The translations under genes and the position numbers were made by a program. A stretch of DNA of 9,288 nt, taken from contig JAQGDQ010002202.1 of the NCBI GenBank assembly GCA_030141605.1, positions 1 through 9,288 on the forward strand, given 5' to 3'. Below, piece by piece: positions 9,094-9,288 of this stretch. The stretch is from Tubiluchus corallicola. Its lineage: Eukaryota > Animalia > Priapulida. The notes beneath the pieces were generated by a model, which had not been told where the DNA came from, ran no database searches, and saw only the letters and a program-made list of their open reading frames with translations. Every line of letters starts with the position of its first letter. Position 1 is the first letter of the stretch.

Positions 9094-9288
9094 CTGAAAC
9101 AGAAAAACGGCAACTCAAACATCTTAACAATAAAATATTGGGACAAACAACTACTACTATATTTTAATTTAGTTTGATATGACTGATTCATATTAAGTTG
9201 TAAGTGAAGTGCAAAATATTTTATTAAAAATTAACTTAACAATTGTTTAGCAAAATTAACAACAACTCATAAAAACATGTATAACAGT

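Larger units (their letters stand above)
1..9288. repeat. Tandem array (complex satellite), ~1287-bp unit, ~7.2 copies, open at both window ends
   Basis: The anchor AAACAGAAGAAATA(G/T)GCAACTG recurs at 1, 1288, 2577, 3866, 5152, 6439, 7726 and 9020. Unit lengths are 1287, 1289, 1289, 1286, 1287, 1287 and 1294, plus 269 bp partial. Copies are colinear throughout and differ by substitutions and small homopolymer indels. The unit phase is arbitrary (set by the window start). Confidence 0.99.

Noticed and set aside
1-9288. CRISPR array, rDNA/5S, tRNA, snRNA or histone tandem cluster
   Set aside because: No repeat-spacer structure and no recognisable RNA-gene or histone sequence in the unit. A divergent small ncRNA cannot be excluded without an Rfam/Infernal scan.

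Overview
The whole window lies inside an AT-rich (roughly 30% GC by eye) head-to-tail tandem array with a ~1.29-kb unit: 7 complete copies plus a partial eighth, running off both ends, a few percent diverged. It looks like eukaryotic (probably animal) complex satellite DNA. I see no intact protein-coding gene, RNA gene or CRISPR array. Each unit is composite. (i) A frameshifted, truncated minus-strand remnant resembles the N-terminus of a PIF/Harbinger (HARBI1-like) transposase. (ii) A convergent plus-strand segment weakly resembles the MADF/Myb-SANT partner protein of Harbingers. (iii) A 96-nt minus-strand exon-like segment follows a strong splice acceptor and varies between copies only by synonymous or conservative changes. 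The copies are mosaics, show a 5-unit (6438-bp) higher-order relationship, carry two sharply localised divergent patches and have many CpG transitions. All homology calls are recognition by eye, not database results.
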